A DNA stretch of 64,000 nt from Candidatus Nealsonbacteria bacterium (GTDB taxonomy: Bacteria; Patescibacteriota; Minisyncoccia; Minisyncoccales; RBG-13-36-15): the NCBI GenBank assembly GCA_011050465.1, contig DRFQ01000009.1:334-64333 (forward strand), in the 5' to 3' direction. The translations under genes were made by a program, and so were the position numbers. Each line of letters opens with the position of its first letter. Position 1 is the first letter of the stretch. Positions 7,848 to 19,560 of this stretch are shown in pieces. The notes below the pieces were generated by a model. The model ran no database searches, was not told where the DNA came from, and saw only the letters and a list, made by a program, of their open reading frames with translations.

Positions 7848-8594
7848 ATGGGAATCGAGAATAACGCTTTGAATATTTTAGAGGCAGGGGCGGTAGAAAT
7901 TAGAAATGTTCCCCTGAAAGTAACGAATGAGGAAGTAGAAACGCTTCCTCGAGGAAAACAGCCCTTTCTCTACGCCTCAGGTAATTGGGGTCCCGGTTAT
8001 GTGATGATTAAAGACCTGGTTGGACGAAAAAAGACAATAAAGCTTCTCATCAAACAGTTAGCCATTAAGGTGGCAAGGGAAATTCCTCGCCTGGATTTTG
8101 TTGCCGGTAATGTTACCGGAGGAATAATCCCTGGCTGGCAACTTAGCGAAGAACTAGAACTGTTGCTTGGAAAGACCATACCCTTTGTTTACATCCGGGA
8201 AGCTCGGAAAAAGGGCGGACAGAAAGAGTTGATTACTGGGATTGCTGGCAATCCAGAGATTCCGCCAGGAGCCAATGGTTTGGTCGTAGAAGAATTGGTC
8301 AATTTCGCCCAGACTACTTGCAATAGTGCCGATATATTAAGAGAAGCAGGACATGTGGTTAATTACGCAGCAACTATTCTTTTTTATGATAATCCTGAGG
8401 CAATCAGAATTCTTCAAGAGCGTGGGATTGAGATGATATATCTTTTGACTCTACCAGAGCTCTTGACGGTGGCAGAAAAGCATCTGATTTTTTCTCAGCA
8501 AGCTATTGAGAGTTACCGGACATTTCTTACCAATCCGTTAGAATGGCAGATGACCAAAGGCCTAAGGCCAATCGAAAGAGGAGGAACTCTTTGA
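7848..8594 (+). CDS. Type I phosphoribosyltransferase, orotate PRTase-like
   Basis: PRPP-loop-like GLVVEELVNFAQTT (EE in place of the usual DD) and REARKKGGQKE. The SD AAGGAGG lies upstream. Confidence 0.65.
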   Translation: MGIENNALNILEAGAVEIRNVPLKVTNEEVETLPRGKQPFLYASGNWGPGYVMIKDLVGRKKTIKLLIKQLAIKVAREIPRLDFVAGNVTGGIIPGWQLSEELELLLGKTIPFVYIREARKKGGQKELITGIAGNPEIPPGANGLVVEELVNFAQTTCNSADILREAGHVVNYAATILFYDNPEAIRILQERGIEMIYLLTLPELLTVAEKHLIFSQQAIESYRTFLTNPLEWQMTKGLRPIERGGTL

Positions 8595-9307
8595 TGAATC
8601 AACCACTTTTTCTTGTAGCCCTAGACGGCTTAGCCGACAACGAAGAAGAAACCTTTAATATCGCTGATAGATTTTTATTGCATATAGAAGGACATTTCGG
8701 CTTCAAGGTTAACCTGGATTATCTGTTGAGCCCGAATAAGGATTTAAGAACAAAGATTAGAAATATTCAAAATTGGGGCAGACCATTATTCGTCGATCTA
8801 AAGATGTGGAATGGTTCAAGAACTATGACGTCAGTTCTTGAGACTTTAGTTGAGATGGGAGTAGAGTATACAAATATCTATGCTTTAGCCGACGATCTTC
8901 TTAAGAAAGCTCTTAGAGTAACCGAAGGAAGCAATACTAAAGTACTGGGTCTTACTGTATTGACCCACTATAATGATGCCTATTGCCGAAGACACTTCAG
9001 GAGGCCGTTCAAAGAGACGGTAAGGCATTTTGCTGAAGTTGCTATTGAGGCTGGTTGCCACGGGATAATTGTGCCAGGCACCACATTAGAGGTAGTTCGA
9101 GACCTTAACACAACAACATTGGTGTCGGGAGTTCGGCCCAGGTGGTATTCAGATACAAGGCATGAACAAGAAGTCACCCCAGGAGAGGCTGTAGATAAAG
9201 GTGCTGATATTTTAGTCTGCTGTAGCCCCATTTTTAAGAGCTTGGATCAAGTTGGAGCTCTTCAAAAAATTCTCGATGAAATAGCAGGACACTCCGTCTT
9301 GTTTTGA
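8594..9307 (+). CDS. Orotidine-5-phosphate decarboxylase-like protein
   Basis: LFLVALD, FKVNLD and FVDLKMWN resemble the OMPdecase Asp/Lys network. The start was chosen at the TGATG overlap (MNQPLF), with GAGGAGG 10 nt upstream. The track ORF starts earlier, at 8543. Confidence 0.6.
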   Translation: MNQPLFLVALDGLADNEEETFNIADRFLLHIEGHFGFKVNLDYLLSPNKDLRTKIRNIQNWGRPLFVDLKMWNGSRTMTSVLETLVEMGVEYTNIYALADDLLKKALRVTEGSNTKVLGLTVLTHYNDAYCRRHFRRPFKETVRHFAEVAIEAGCHGIIVPGTTLEVVRDLNTTTLVSGVRPRWYSDTRHEQEVTPGEAVDKGADILVCCSPIFKSLDQVGALQKILDEIAGHSVLF

Positions 9308-9379
9308 AGCCTAGGTGAAAGGCTAAAAACTCACTGGAAAAAACTGGTCGGAAAACAATAATTATACTATAATTTTAAA

Positions 9380-9405
9380 GTCGCTGGATTCAGCGACCTT
9401 TTTAT
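9380..9405 (+). terminator. Intrinsic terminator
   Basis: gtcgctg-gatt-cagcgac followed by CTTTTTATTT. Confidence 0.6.
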
Positions 9406-9563
9406 TTGTTTTCGAGTTATTCACAGTTTGATTTTTGCTTAATTTCAAGGTAAAATAAGAGTATAAAAGAGTTTTTTAATGCCCGGTAGAGAAATTTCGA
9501 AATTTCTTTCGGGCAGAAAGAAAATTTCAAAGAAATTTTTCATTCAAAATTCTTCTACGGGGT

Positions 9564-10613
9564 ATGCCAAATCTAAAATTGCTTCAAAAAAAGATTGAAA
9601 AAGATCTAAAAGAAGCTAAAAAATTGAGACAACTTGAAAACGTTTTCCAAAAATATTTAGGTAAAAAAGGCGAAATTACCGGGATTTTACGTTCTTTAAA
9701 AAACCTGTCTCAAACAAAAAGGATTAAAACTGGAAAAGAGGCGAATGAGCTTAAAAGCATTATCAAACAAAAAATAGAAGTTAAAACAAAAAAAATACGT
9801 TCCATTGAAAGGGTCGCCAAAGAAACAGGATGGATTGATATTACTATTCCCGGCAAAAAACCCTTGGCTGGCCATTTGCACCCTTTAACTTTAGTCAAAA
9901 GACAAGTTGAGGAGATATTTCAAGCAATGGGCTTTTCGGTGGTTGATGGGCCAGAAATTGAAACCGAATGGTATAATTTCGATGCCTTAAATATTCCCAA
10001 GGATCATCCGGCTCGCGACATGTGGGATACTTTTTGGCTAAAAGACAGTAAATTACTTTTAAGAACTCATACCTCTCCGGTCCAGATTAGATATATGGAA
10101 AAAAATAATCCTCCTATAAAAATTATTGTGCCCGGAAGAATTTTTCGTCACGAAGCAACTGACGCCTCCCACGAAACTAATTTCTATCACGTCGAAGGAT
10201 TAGTGGTTGATCAAGAAACTTCAACTGCCCATTTTAAATCTATAATCCAGGAGTTTTTCAAAAGATTTTTTTCTGGATCCTCCGAAGCTTTACGCAAAGG
10301 AGGACAAAAAGAAACTAAGATACGCATGAGGCCGAGCTATTTTCCGTTCACTGAACCTTCTTTTGAAATAGATATGAGTTGTTCGAATTGCCAGGGCAAA
10401 GGATGTTCAGCTTGTTCCCAGACCGGCTGGATGGAAATGATGGGAGCTGGAATGGTTCATCCTAATGTCCTCAAAGCCGCTGGTCTGAATCCTAAAAACT
10501 GGCAAGGTTTTGCCTTTGGGATGGGTTTAGACAGATTGGCAATGATGAAATATAAAATCAACGACATCCGCCTTTTTTATGGCGGTGACCTAAGATTTTT
10601 AAATCAATTTTAA
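9564..10613 (+). CDS. pheS: Phenylalanyl-tRNA synthetase alpha subunit
   Basis: FRHEATDASHETNFYHVEG, PSYFPFTEPSFE and GFAFGMGLDRLAMM. A GC-rich in-frame insert lies at about 10275-10312. Confidence 0.93.
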   Translation: MPNLKLLQKKIEKDLKEAKKLRQLENVFQKYLGKKGEITGILRSLKNLSQTKRIKTGKEANELKSIIKQKIEVKTKKIRSIERVAKETGWIDITIPGKKPLAGHLHPLTLVKRQVEEIFQAMGFSVVDGPEIETEWYNFDALNIPKDHPARDMWDTFWLKDSKLLLRTHTSPVQIRYMEKNNPPIKIIVPGRIFRHEATDASHETNFYHVEGLVVDQETSTAHFKSIIQEFFKRFFSGSSEALRKGGQKETKIRMRPSYFPFTEPSFEIDMSCSNCQGKGCSACSQTGWMEMMGAGMVHPNVLKAAGLNPKNWQGFAFGMGLDRLAMMKYKINDIRLFYGGDLRFLNQF

Positions 10614-10618
10614 AAATT

Positions 10619-11563
10619 ATGAAAATAAAAGAAATTTACAATCTGGCGATTAGAATGGGAATAGATAGTGATTTTCGGGGAAAAGAGGGGATCGAGAGAT
10701 TATTGAAAAGACTAAAAGAAAAATATGAGAAAATGGACGAGAATCAGAAAGAAGACTTTGATAAAGAGAGGTTAACTGTTCCTTTTTCTGATACTCGGAT
10801 TCTATTTGGAGATCCGGATAAAGAAATTAAAAAGATTTTAGTAGGTATTGACATTGATGGGGGAGAGCTTTTATTGGCCAAAGACCTGGGCGATATTGAT
10901 TTAGTATTGTCTCATCATCCAAGAGGAAAGGCTCTAGCCGGACTGGATGATGTGATGCAGCTTCAGGTTGATGTGCTTGTTCAATATGGCGTGCCAGTCA
11001 ATATTGCTGAAAAACTTTTAAGAAAAAGAATTGAGGAAGTGGCAAGAGGCATAGCTCCTGTTAATCATAACCGAGCAGTGGATATGGCTAAAATCTTGAA
11101 TATCTCTTTTTTGTGCATTCACACTCCTTCTGATAATTTGGTGGCAAGATTTATTGAAGAAAAATTAAAAAAAGACGATCCTCAAACTTTGGGAGAAATC
11201 ATTAAATCTCTCAGAGAAGTTCCAGAATACAGAGAAGCTATTAGAATTGGGGCCGGCCCCAGAATTTTCGTTGGAGATGAAGAGAATCGGACAGGGAAAA
11301 TTGTTCTTACCGAACTGACAGGGGGAACAGAGGGAGCAGCTGAAATTTATGAGAAATTGGCTCAGGCAGGAGCAGGAACGGTGATTGGCATGCATATATC
11401 AGAAAAGCATAGAGAGGAGGCAGAAAAAGCCCACATTAATGTGGTTATTGCCGGCCATATGTCTTCAGATTCCATTGGCCTGAATTTGTTTTTAGATGAA
11501 TTAGAAAAAAAGGGAATCGAAATCGTTCCCTGTTCAGGATTAATTAGGGTAAAAAGGGTGTAA
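10619..11563 (+). CDS. NIF3-family (dinuclear metal centre) protein, tentative
   Basis: DLVLSHHP and a C-terminal VIAGHMSSD resemble NIF3/YqfO metal-binding motifs. Confidence 0.5.
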   Translation: MKIKEIYNLAIRMGIDSDFRGKEGIERLLKRLKEKYEKMDENQKEDFDKERLTVPFSDTRILFGDPDKEIKKILVGIDIDGGELLLAKDLGDIDLVLSHHPRGKALAGLDDVMQLQVDVLVQYGVPVNIAEKLLRKRIEEVARGIAPVNHNRAVDMAKILNISFLCIHTPSDNLVARFIEEKLKKDDPQTLGEIIKSLREVPEYREAIRIGAGPRIFVGDEENRTGKIVLTELTGGTEGAAEIYEKLAQAGAGTVIGMHISEKHREEAEKAHINVVIAGHMSSDSIGLNLFLDELEKKGIEIVPCSGLIRVKRV

Positions 11564-11576
11564 CCGCTCGGCAACG

Positions 11577-11694
11577 AAGCTTCAAAGTACCGACCCTCAA
11601 AATCCCAGCGAGATTTTGGGGTCTGCGTTCTCGGCTCGTCGTCCGCCCTCGGCGGAACCATGCCGTCGAGCCTCCGAAAGCTACTTTGAAGCTT
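11577..11694. other. GC-rich structured element between the NIF3-like gene and pheT
   Basis: A 13-bp perfect outer stem, aagcttcaaagta (11577-11589) with tactttgaagctt (11682-11694), encloses three hairpins, including ccgcc-ctc-ggcgg. Confidence 0.4.
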
Positions 11695-11729
11695 GCTACC
11701 TCGCTTTTTAAGAAAAATGAGAGAGAATT

Positions 11730-13835
11730 ATGAAATTTTCTTATAATTGGTTAAAAGACCTTATTTCGGGCAAACTGCCAGAGCCTGTCAAACTGGCAGA
11801 TCTTTTAAATATGCATAGTTTTGAGGTTAATGAAATAAAAAGAGCGGGTTCAGATTGGATGATAGATATTGATGTTTTGCCGAATAGGGGACCGGATTGT
11901 TTTTCTCATACAGGAATAGCCCGAGAAGTAGCTGTCATAACCAGCACGAAACTAAAAATTAACCCTTCGACAAGGCTCAGGGTTAATGCTGAGCAGCGTC
12001 GAAGCATTAAAGAAGAAAAATTTATTGAAGACAGAAATTCCAAAATTAAAGACTTTATGGGCGTAGATGTCAAATATCTGCGGGCTTGTCCTCGCTATAC
12101 TGCCAGGATTTTGCATGGAATAACAGTTGGTCCTTCACCAAAATTTATCCAAGAAAGATTAAAAGTTTGTGGACTGAGGCCAATTAATAACATAGTTGAT
12201 ATTACAAATTATGTAATGCTGGAGACTGGCCAGCCCCTTCATGCTTTTGACGGCGAAAAATTGGAAGGCCAAAAAATCATTGTTCGCTTTGCCAGAAATA
12301 ACGAGAAAATTACTACATTAGATGGGGAGAAATATGATTTAGATAGAAATATTTTAGTTATTGCAGACGATAGAAAACCTATAGCAATTGCTGGTATCAA
12401 GGGAGGAAAGATTCCGGAAGTTACCAAGAGAACAAAAATCATTATAATTGAATCAGCTAATTTTAACCCTCAGATTATTAGAAAGGGATCCCAAAGATTG
12501 AATTTAAAGACCGATGCTTCCTTGCGTTTTGAACACGGTATTGATCCCAACCTGACAGAGATAGCTGTTGATCAAGCAGCTTCTCTTATACAGAAAATTA
12601 CCGGCGGGAGAATACAGAAAGATTTGATTGATTTTTATCCAAAAAAAGTTTTATCGAAAAAAGTAAATTTAGACTTAAATTATGTCGAAAGATTATTAGG
12701 TGTAAAGATTTCGAAGAACGAAATAACCAAGATATTAAGAGATCTTGGGTTCAAAATCTCTCAACTCTCAAAACTTAAACTCCAGGTTGAAATTCCGACC
12801 AGAAGACTGGATATTTCTTTACCGGAAGATCTAATAGAAGAAATTAGTCGAATTTACGGCTACAAAAATATTCCTGCAACTTTTCCTTTAACTGTTTTGT
12901 CACCCCCAAGAAGAAATAATTTAATTTTCTGGGAAGATTTTTCAAAGAGAATTCTCAAAGAACTTAGCCTTACCGAAGTTTATAATTATTCTTTTTTAGG
13001 AGAAGAATTAAGAGAAACTTTCGGTTATAAAGTTAAAGAATTAATTGAGATAGAAAATCCAGCCAGCGTCAAACAAAAATATTTAAGGCCAAGCTTAATT
13101 CCCAATTTATTGGTTAATCTTAAAACAAACCTGAAGTATTTCGACAATATTAGAATTTTTGAATTAGGAAAAATATATAGAAAAAGGAGAATGACAGAGA
13201 AAAGAATGCTTAGCGTTGCTATTTTAAAAAAAGAAGGTGGTTCTCGTTCTCAATCAGAAATATTTCTTGAATTAAAAGGAATCATTGATGCTTTGTTAAA
13301 TCAATTAGGGATAAGTAATATCTGGTATGATTTCTACAAACCCGCCCCAACGGAAAGCAGGACATTTTTTTGGCAACTAAAAAAATCGGCTGAAATTAAG
13401 ATTGACCGAAAAGAAATCGGGTTTTTGGGTACAATTTCTCCCAAGATTTTAGACAAGCTAAAGATTACTGAGAATTTGGTCTTTTTCGAGATTGATTTTG
13501 ATGAATTAGCTCAATTATGTTCAGAAGAGCACGAGTTTAGGCCGTTATCTCGTTATCCTGCAGCGGTTAGAGACTTAGCTGTCTTGGTGCCCGGAGGAAT
13601 TTTGGTTGAGGAGGTTTTAAATATAATTAATGTGGTTGGCGGCAGGGTAGTCCGGGATGTAGATCTTTTTGATATTTACGAAGGGCAAGAACTGCCGGAA
13701 GGTAAGAAGAATTTAGCTTTCCATATTATTTATCAAGCCCAAGATAAGACTTTGAAATCATCCGAAATTGATAAAATTCATCAAAAAATAATAAAAGCCC
13801 TAGAAAAAAAGCCAGAATGGCAAGTTAGACAATAA
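11730..13835 (+). CDS. pheT: Phenylalanyl-tRNA synthetase beta subunit
   Basis: B3/4 domain (GQPLHAFD), B5 region, and a C-terminal FDX-ACB-like DLFDIYEG...LAFHI. A GC-rich in-frame insert lies at about 11959-12005. Confidence 0.92.
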   Translation: MKFSYNWLKDLISGKLPEPVKLADLLNMHSFEVNEIKRAGSDWMIDIDVLPNRGPDCFSHTGIAREVAVITSTKLKINPSTRLRVNAEQRRSIKEEKFIEDRNSKIKDFMGVDVKYLRACPRYTARILHGITVGPSPKFIQERLKVCGLRPINNIVDITNYVMLETGQPLHAFDGEKLEGQKIIVRFARNNEKITTLDGEKYDLDRNILVIADDRKPIAIAGIKGGKIPEVTKRTKIIIIESANFNPQIIRKGSQRLNLKTDASLRFEHGIDPNLTEIAVDQAASLIQKITGGRIQKDLIDFYPKKVLSKKVNLDLNYVERLLGVKISKNEITKILRDLGFKISQLSKLKLQVEIPTRRLDISLPEDLIEEISRIYGYKNIPATFPLTVLSPPRRNNLIFWEDFSKRILKELSLTEVYNYSFLGEELRETFGYKVKELIEIENPASVKQKYLRPSLIPNLLVNLKTNLKYFDNIRIFELGKIYRKRRMTEKRMLSVAILKKEGGSRSQSEIFLELKGIIDALLNQLGISNIWYDFYKPAPTESRTFFWQLKKSAEIKIDRKEIGFLGTISPKILDKLKITENLVFFEIDFDELAQLCSEEHEFRPLSRYPAAVRDLAVLVPGGILVEEVLNIINVVGGRVVRDVDLFDIYEGQELPEGKKNLAFHIIYQAQDKTLKSSEIDKIHQKIIKALEKKPEWQVRQ

Positions 13836-13939
13836 ATCAGAAATTCTAAATTCGAAATCGGAAACCCCAGAACTATAAATCTTTCGGATTTAAGTTCAGG
13901 GCAGGCAAATTCTAAATTTAGGTATTGCTTGCCCCGTAG

Positions 13940-16042
<2,103 letters not shown>

Positions 16043-16101
16043 AATTATGAAATATTAACGTTTTAACAGGTCCACTGCTAGCTCTGGATAGAGCAGAAAG
16101 G

Positions 16102-16131
16102 TTGACACCTAAGGTCAAGGGGGGCTATAAT
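16102..16131 (+). promoter_or_regulatory. Sigma70-like promoter upstream of secE
   Basis: TTGACA (16102-16107), an 18-nt spacer, then TATAAT (16126-16131). A hairpin aagccc-aaggt-gggctt plus a T-run follows at 16138-16156. Confidence 0.45.
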
Positions 16132-16197
16132 ATAAGAAAGCCCAAGGTGGGCTTTTTAAGATAATTTATTAATTATAGCCTTTTTTTTAATAAAAAT

Positions 16198-16383
16198 ATG
16201 CTCAGAAAAATTATAACTTTCCTAAAAGAAGTCAGATTAGAGATGAGAAAGATTAATTGGCCGACCAAACAGGAGACTTTAAGGTATACCATCATTGTCA
16301 TTGGTATATCGACAGCTGTGGCAATTTTCTTGGGAAGTTTAGATTTTATTTTCACAACTTTCTTAAGTAAATTTATCTTATAA
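16198..16383 (+). CDS. secE: Preprotein translocase subunit SecE
   Basis: A 61-aa protein with KEVRLEMRKINWPTKQE plus a single TM helix. It sits in the conserved position upstream of nusG. Confidence 0.8.
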   Translation: MLRKIITFLKEVRLEMRKINWPTKQETLRYTIIVIGISTAVAIFLGSLDFIFTTFLSKFIL

Positions 16384-16499
16384 AGAATAACCGAGCATAT
16401 AGTTTGGTTTTCGAAATAAAGTTAGATTTTAGAAAATTTGAGCGAAAACCAAATTATAGTCGATAAGAATACTATGTGCTCGGTGTTCACTTCGTTCGC

Positions 16500-17045
16500 A
16501 TGCCAAAACAAGAATTAACCCAACAAAAAAACTGGTATGTTTTGCACACTTATTCTGGATACGAAGACGCAGTCGCAAAAAGTCTAAGACAGCGGATCGA
16601 GTCTTTGGGCATGGAAGACAAAATTTTTAATGTCTTGGTTCCCAAAGAAAAAAAGATTAAAATAAAAAATGGGAAAAGAAAAGTGATAGAAGAGAAAATT
16701 TATCCAGGTTATGTCTTAGTCGAAATGGTTGTTACAGATGATTCTTGGTATATTGTTCGGAATACTCCCAATGTTACAGGTTTTGTCGGAGCGGGAACTG
16801 TCCCCGTCCCTGTTTCTTTTCAGGAGATAGAGATCTTAAAGAAAAGAATAGGAGTAGACACCCCTCATTTTCAAATTGATTTTAAAGTCGGGGATTCAAT
16901 TAAAATCACCGATGGTCCTTTTAAAGATTTTGATGGTCGAGTTTCTGAAATCGACGAAGAAAAAGGAAAAGTTAAAGTCTTTGTCAATATGTTCGGAAGA
17001 GACACATTGGTAGAATTAGATTCTTTACAGATCAAAAAATTATAA
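16500..17045 (+). CDS. nusG: Transcription antitermination factor NusG
   Basis: NGN domain NWYVLHTYSGYE and KOW motif GDSIKITDGPFKDFDGRVSEID. ATG 16500 is preferred over the GTG 16476 track start, which lies in a long intergenic hairpin. Confidence 0.92.
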   Translation: MPKQELTQQKNWYVLHTYSGYEDAVAKSLRQRIESLGMEDKIFNVLVPKEKKIKIKNGKRKVIEEKIYPGYVLVEMVVTDDSWYIVRNTPNVTGFVGAGTVPVPVSFQEIEILKKRIGVDTPHFQIDFKVGDSIKITDGPFKDFDGRVSEIDEEKGKVKVFVNMFGRDTLVELDSLQIKKL

Positions 17046-17048
17046 AAG

Positions 17049-17471
17049 ATGAAAAAAATAAAAGCCATCGTAAAGTTACAAATTCCTGCTGGCAAAGCTA
17101 CTCCAGCGCCTCCTGTCGGGCCGGCCCTGGCTCCACACGGTTTGAACATTTCTGAATTCTGTCAGAAGTTTAATGAATCCTCAAAGAATCAACAGGGATG
17201 GAAGTTGCCAGTTGAAATTACTGTTTACGAAGACAGAACCTATAATTTTGAGATAAAACAACCTCTGGCTTCCGAGCTTTTGAAGAAAGCAGCTGCTGTG
17301 GAGAAGGGATCGGGGGAACCCAATAAAAAAAAGGTAGGGAAGATTACTGAACTCCAACTGGAGGAAATTGCTAAGAAAAAAATGCCAGATCTGAATACAG
17401 ATGATCTTAAACAAGCCAAGAAGATTATTGAAGGCACCGCAAAAAATATGGGAATTGAAATAGAAAAGTAA
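17049..17471 (+). CDS. rplK: Ribosomal protein L11
   Basis: [26 protein letters not shown] is the L11 N-terminal signature. Confidence 0.95.
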   Translation: MKKIKAIVKLQIPAGKATPAPPVGPALAPHGLNISEFCQKFNESSKNQQGWKLPVEITVYEDRTYNFEIKQPLASELLKKAAAVEKGSGEPNKKKVGKITELQLEEIAKKKMPDLNTDDLKQAKKIIEGTAKNMGIEIEK

Positions 17472-17482
17472 CACCTCATACC

Positions 17483-18079
17483 ATGATTTTATCTGATTGT
17501 GATATCAAAAAATACATAAAAGAAGGAAGAATTAGAATTACCCCAAAACCTAATTTTCAAGACCAACTCGGCCCTTGTTCTTTAGATTTACGGCTAGGAA
17601 AGGTTTTCAAGACTTTCAAACGAGCTGAATTTCCTTTCATCGACCTAAAGGCAAAATTCCCTATTGAGAAAATAATGTTTGAGATTAGACCATCTCCGGG
17701 AAAACCATTGATTATGCAACCCGGGGATTTTATTATCGCTTCAACAGAAGAATCTATTGAAATTCCATCCGACTTAGTTGCTAGAATTGACGGCAGGTCA
17801 TCTCTGGGAAGATTGGGGATAGTTATTCATATCACTGCCGCCCGCTTTGACCCTGGCTGGAAAGGGAAAGCGGTAATTGAACTCGGTAACCTAGGCATTA
17901 TGCCGGTGGCTTTATATCCTGGAATGAGAATTTGCGCTATAACCTTTGAGACTCTTTCTAGTCCCGTTGAGGTGCCTTATTTAAAACAAAAGGATCACAA
18001 ATATGCTTACCAGAAATCTCCTCGTGCAAGCAGGCTAAATCAGGAAGAAGAATTCAAAAAAAAGAAAAAATCAATATAA
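17483..18079 (+). CDS. dcd: dCTP deaminase
   Basis: It aligns by eye along the whole length of E. coli Dcd: MILSDCDI..EGRI, LDLRLG, DGRSSLGRLGI, DPGWKG..IELGN with the catalytic Glu retained. Confidence 0.88.
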   Translation: MILSDCDIKKYIKEGRIRITPKPNFQDQLGPCSLDLRLGKVFKTFKRAEFPFIDLKAKFPIEKIMFEIRPSPGKPLIMQPGDFIIASTEESIEIPSDLVARIDGRSSLGRLGIVIHITAARFDPGWKGKAVIELGNLGIMPVALYPGMRICAITFETLSSPVEVPYLKQKDHKYAYQKSPRASRLNQEEEFKKKKKSI

Positions 18080-18160
18080 GCGATGTCACGGAGCGTGAAT
18101 CGCTTGAATTTCCGTCACTCGTCCCAGATGAAAATAAATTTTCACCCGTGGACATAAACT

Positions 18161-18856
18161 ATGGATAAGTGGAAAGACTTAAGGAAAAACTTGTTTCGGG
18201 CAGTAGAACCCAAGATTAAACTTGTTGCCATGACTCAACCGGTCGGTGAGTACAGGCATCTTTGTACTCCAGAAACTCTTCCTGCCTTTACAGCCAGGGC
18301 TTCTTATGAATCAAAAGGAACAAAAGAAGACGATATAAGGCTTAATAGAACCCTGATAAAGCTTGGCCACGACACTCCATTGCAAGCTGTCCAATTTGTT
18401 TTTTATTTTTCTGGGACAACCAAATCCCTACAGGCTCAGTGGACAAGACATAAAGTCGGAGTTGGCTGGACCTTTAGAAGTACTCGTTATATTTCGGCAG
18501 GTCAAAATTGTTTTGTTTATAATACTTATGATTACATAAATGAGGAAGAAAAAGTAAAAGAACTTTTGAAAATAGATGAAACAGTTGCCAAACAATCCAT
18601 TGATCTATATGAAAAAAAGAGAACCCTAGGGTCTACGAAACAAGATGCCAGAAAAATAATGCCAGTTTTTTGGGCAACTTCCTGTTATTTTTATGTTAAT
18701 GCCAGAGCTTTGCGTCATCTTTTTAAACTAAGACTGGACAAGGCTGCGGAATGGGAGATTAGAAGAATGGTCTCAATTCTTTTCGATATTTGCATGCAGT
18801 GGACACCTTCATTCTTCGAAGATTTTAAAGAATTAAGAAATAAATCAGAATTTTAG
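18161..18856 (+). CDS. ThyX-like (flavin-dependent thymidylate synthase family) protein, divergent copy 1
   Basis: The ThyX-motif region reads TRHKVGVGWTFRSTRY, compared with the consensus RHRxxSxxxxSxRY. Length about 230 aa. Confidence 0.55.
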   Translation: MDKWKDLRKNLFRAVEPKIKLVAMTQPVGEYRHLCTPETLPAFTARASYESKGTKEDDIRLNRTLIKLGHDTPLQAVQFVFYFSGTTKSLQAQWTRHKVGVGWTFRSTRYISAGQNCFVYNTYDYINEEEKVKELLKIDETVAKQSIDLYEKKRTLGSTKQDARKIMPVFWATSCYFYVNARALRHLFKLRLDKAAEWEIRRMVSILFDICMQWTPSFFEDFKELRNKSEF

Positions 18857-18871
18857 GCAATTCAACAAACT

Positions 18872-19411
18872 ATGATATTAGGGGTGGATAAATTATTAAA
18901 ATTAGTTAAGGAAAAAAAGTTGGTGGAAAATCTTTCAGAGAGAGAACTTAAAAGCCCCGAGGGGGCTGGTTTTGACTTAAGATTGGGAGAAATTTATGAA
19001 ATTTCAGGAAATGGATTTTTGGGCCGGGAAGAACGAAAGACGCCGAAAGCGGAGTTGTTGGCCAAATATAACCCTAAAAAGAAACAAAGCTTTATTTTTA
19101 AACCCGGTAAATATTATTTAATGAAGACTATTGAGAAAGTTAACACGCCAGGGAATATTTTAATTTTATTTAGACCAAGAACAACACTTTTCAGATCTGG
19201 ATTAATGCTTTTTACCGGCAATGTTTCGCCGGGCTATCAAGGAGAATTGACTTTTGGCATTGCTAATTTTAGTTCTTGTGAAATAAAAATTGAACTCGGG
19301 GCCCGAGTTGTTCACGCTATGTTTTATGAAGTGAGAGGAAAGACAAATTTATACCGGGGTCAGTGGCAGGGCGGCCGGGTCTCGACAAAGAAGAAAGAAA
19401 AACAGATATAG
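18872..19411 (+). CDS. Dcd/dUTPase-superfamily protein, divergent (dUTPase-like motif, no deaminase Glu)
   Basis: FDLRLGE, RTTLFRSGL and GNVSPGYQGELTFGIAN match the Dcd/Dut fold. The position of the Dcd catalytic Glu is Gly. Confidence 0.6.
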   Translation: MILGVDKLLKLVKEKKLVENLSERELKSPEGAGFDLRLGEIYEISGNGFLGREERKTPKAELLAKYNPKKKQSFIFKPGKYYLMKTIEKVNTPGNILILFRPRTTLFRSGLMLFTGNVSPGYQGELTFGIANFSSCEIKIELGARVVHAMFYEVRGKTNLYRGQWQGGRVSTKKKEKQI

Positions 19412-19441
19412 AAAAATTTGGAGATTTTTGTCTTCATACCT

Positions 19442-19470
19442 TTGACAAAAAACATGAGGGTTTATATTAT
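19442..19470 (+). promoter_or_regulatory. Sigma70-like promoter for the second thyX-like unit
   Basis: TTGACA (19442-19447), a 17-nt spacer, then TATTAT (19465-19470). The strong SD AAGGAGGG precedes ATG 19561. Confidence 0.5.
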
Positions 19471-19560
19471 ATAACCAGAGGAAAAGAATCAATAGAGGAG
19501 GTCTTTTCTTGAATTAAAGCTCTTTTATACGCCAAACTGGACCTCTGAAAGGAGGGTAAG

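Noticed and set aside
11564-11729. T-box riboswitch upstream of pheT
   Set aside because: No T-box consensus (AGGGUGGNACCGCG-like) or specifier-loop architecture could be found. The element resembles the local GC-rich repeat family instead.
16060-16101. tRNA-like D-arm sequence (gctagctctggatagagcag) after gyrB
   Set aside because: No anticodon arm, T arm or acceptor pairing could be built. It is at most a tRNA fragment.
16102-16156. A tiny transcript from a consensus promoter running straight into a hairpin plus T-run
   Set aside because: It is more simply read as the gyrB terminator overlapping the secE promoter region. There is no evidence for a separate RNA.
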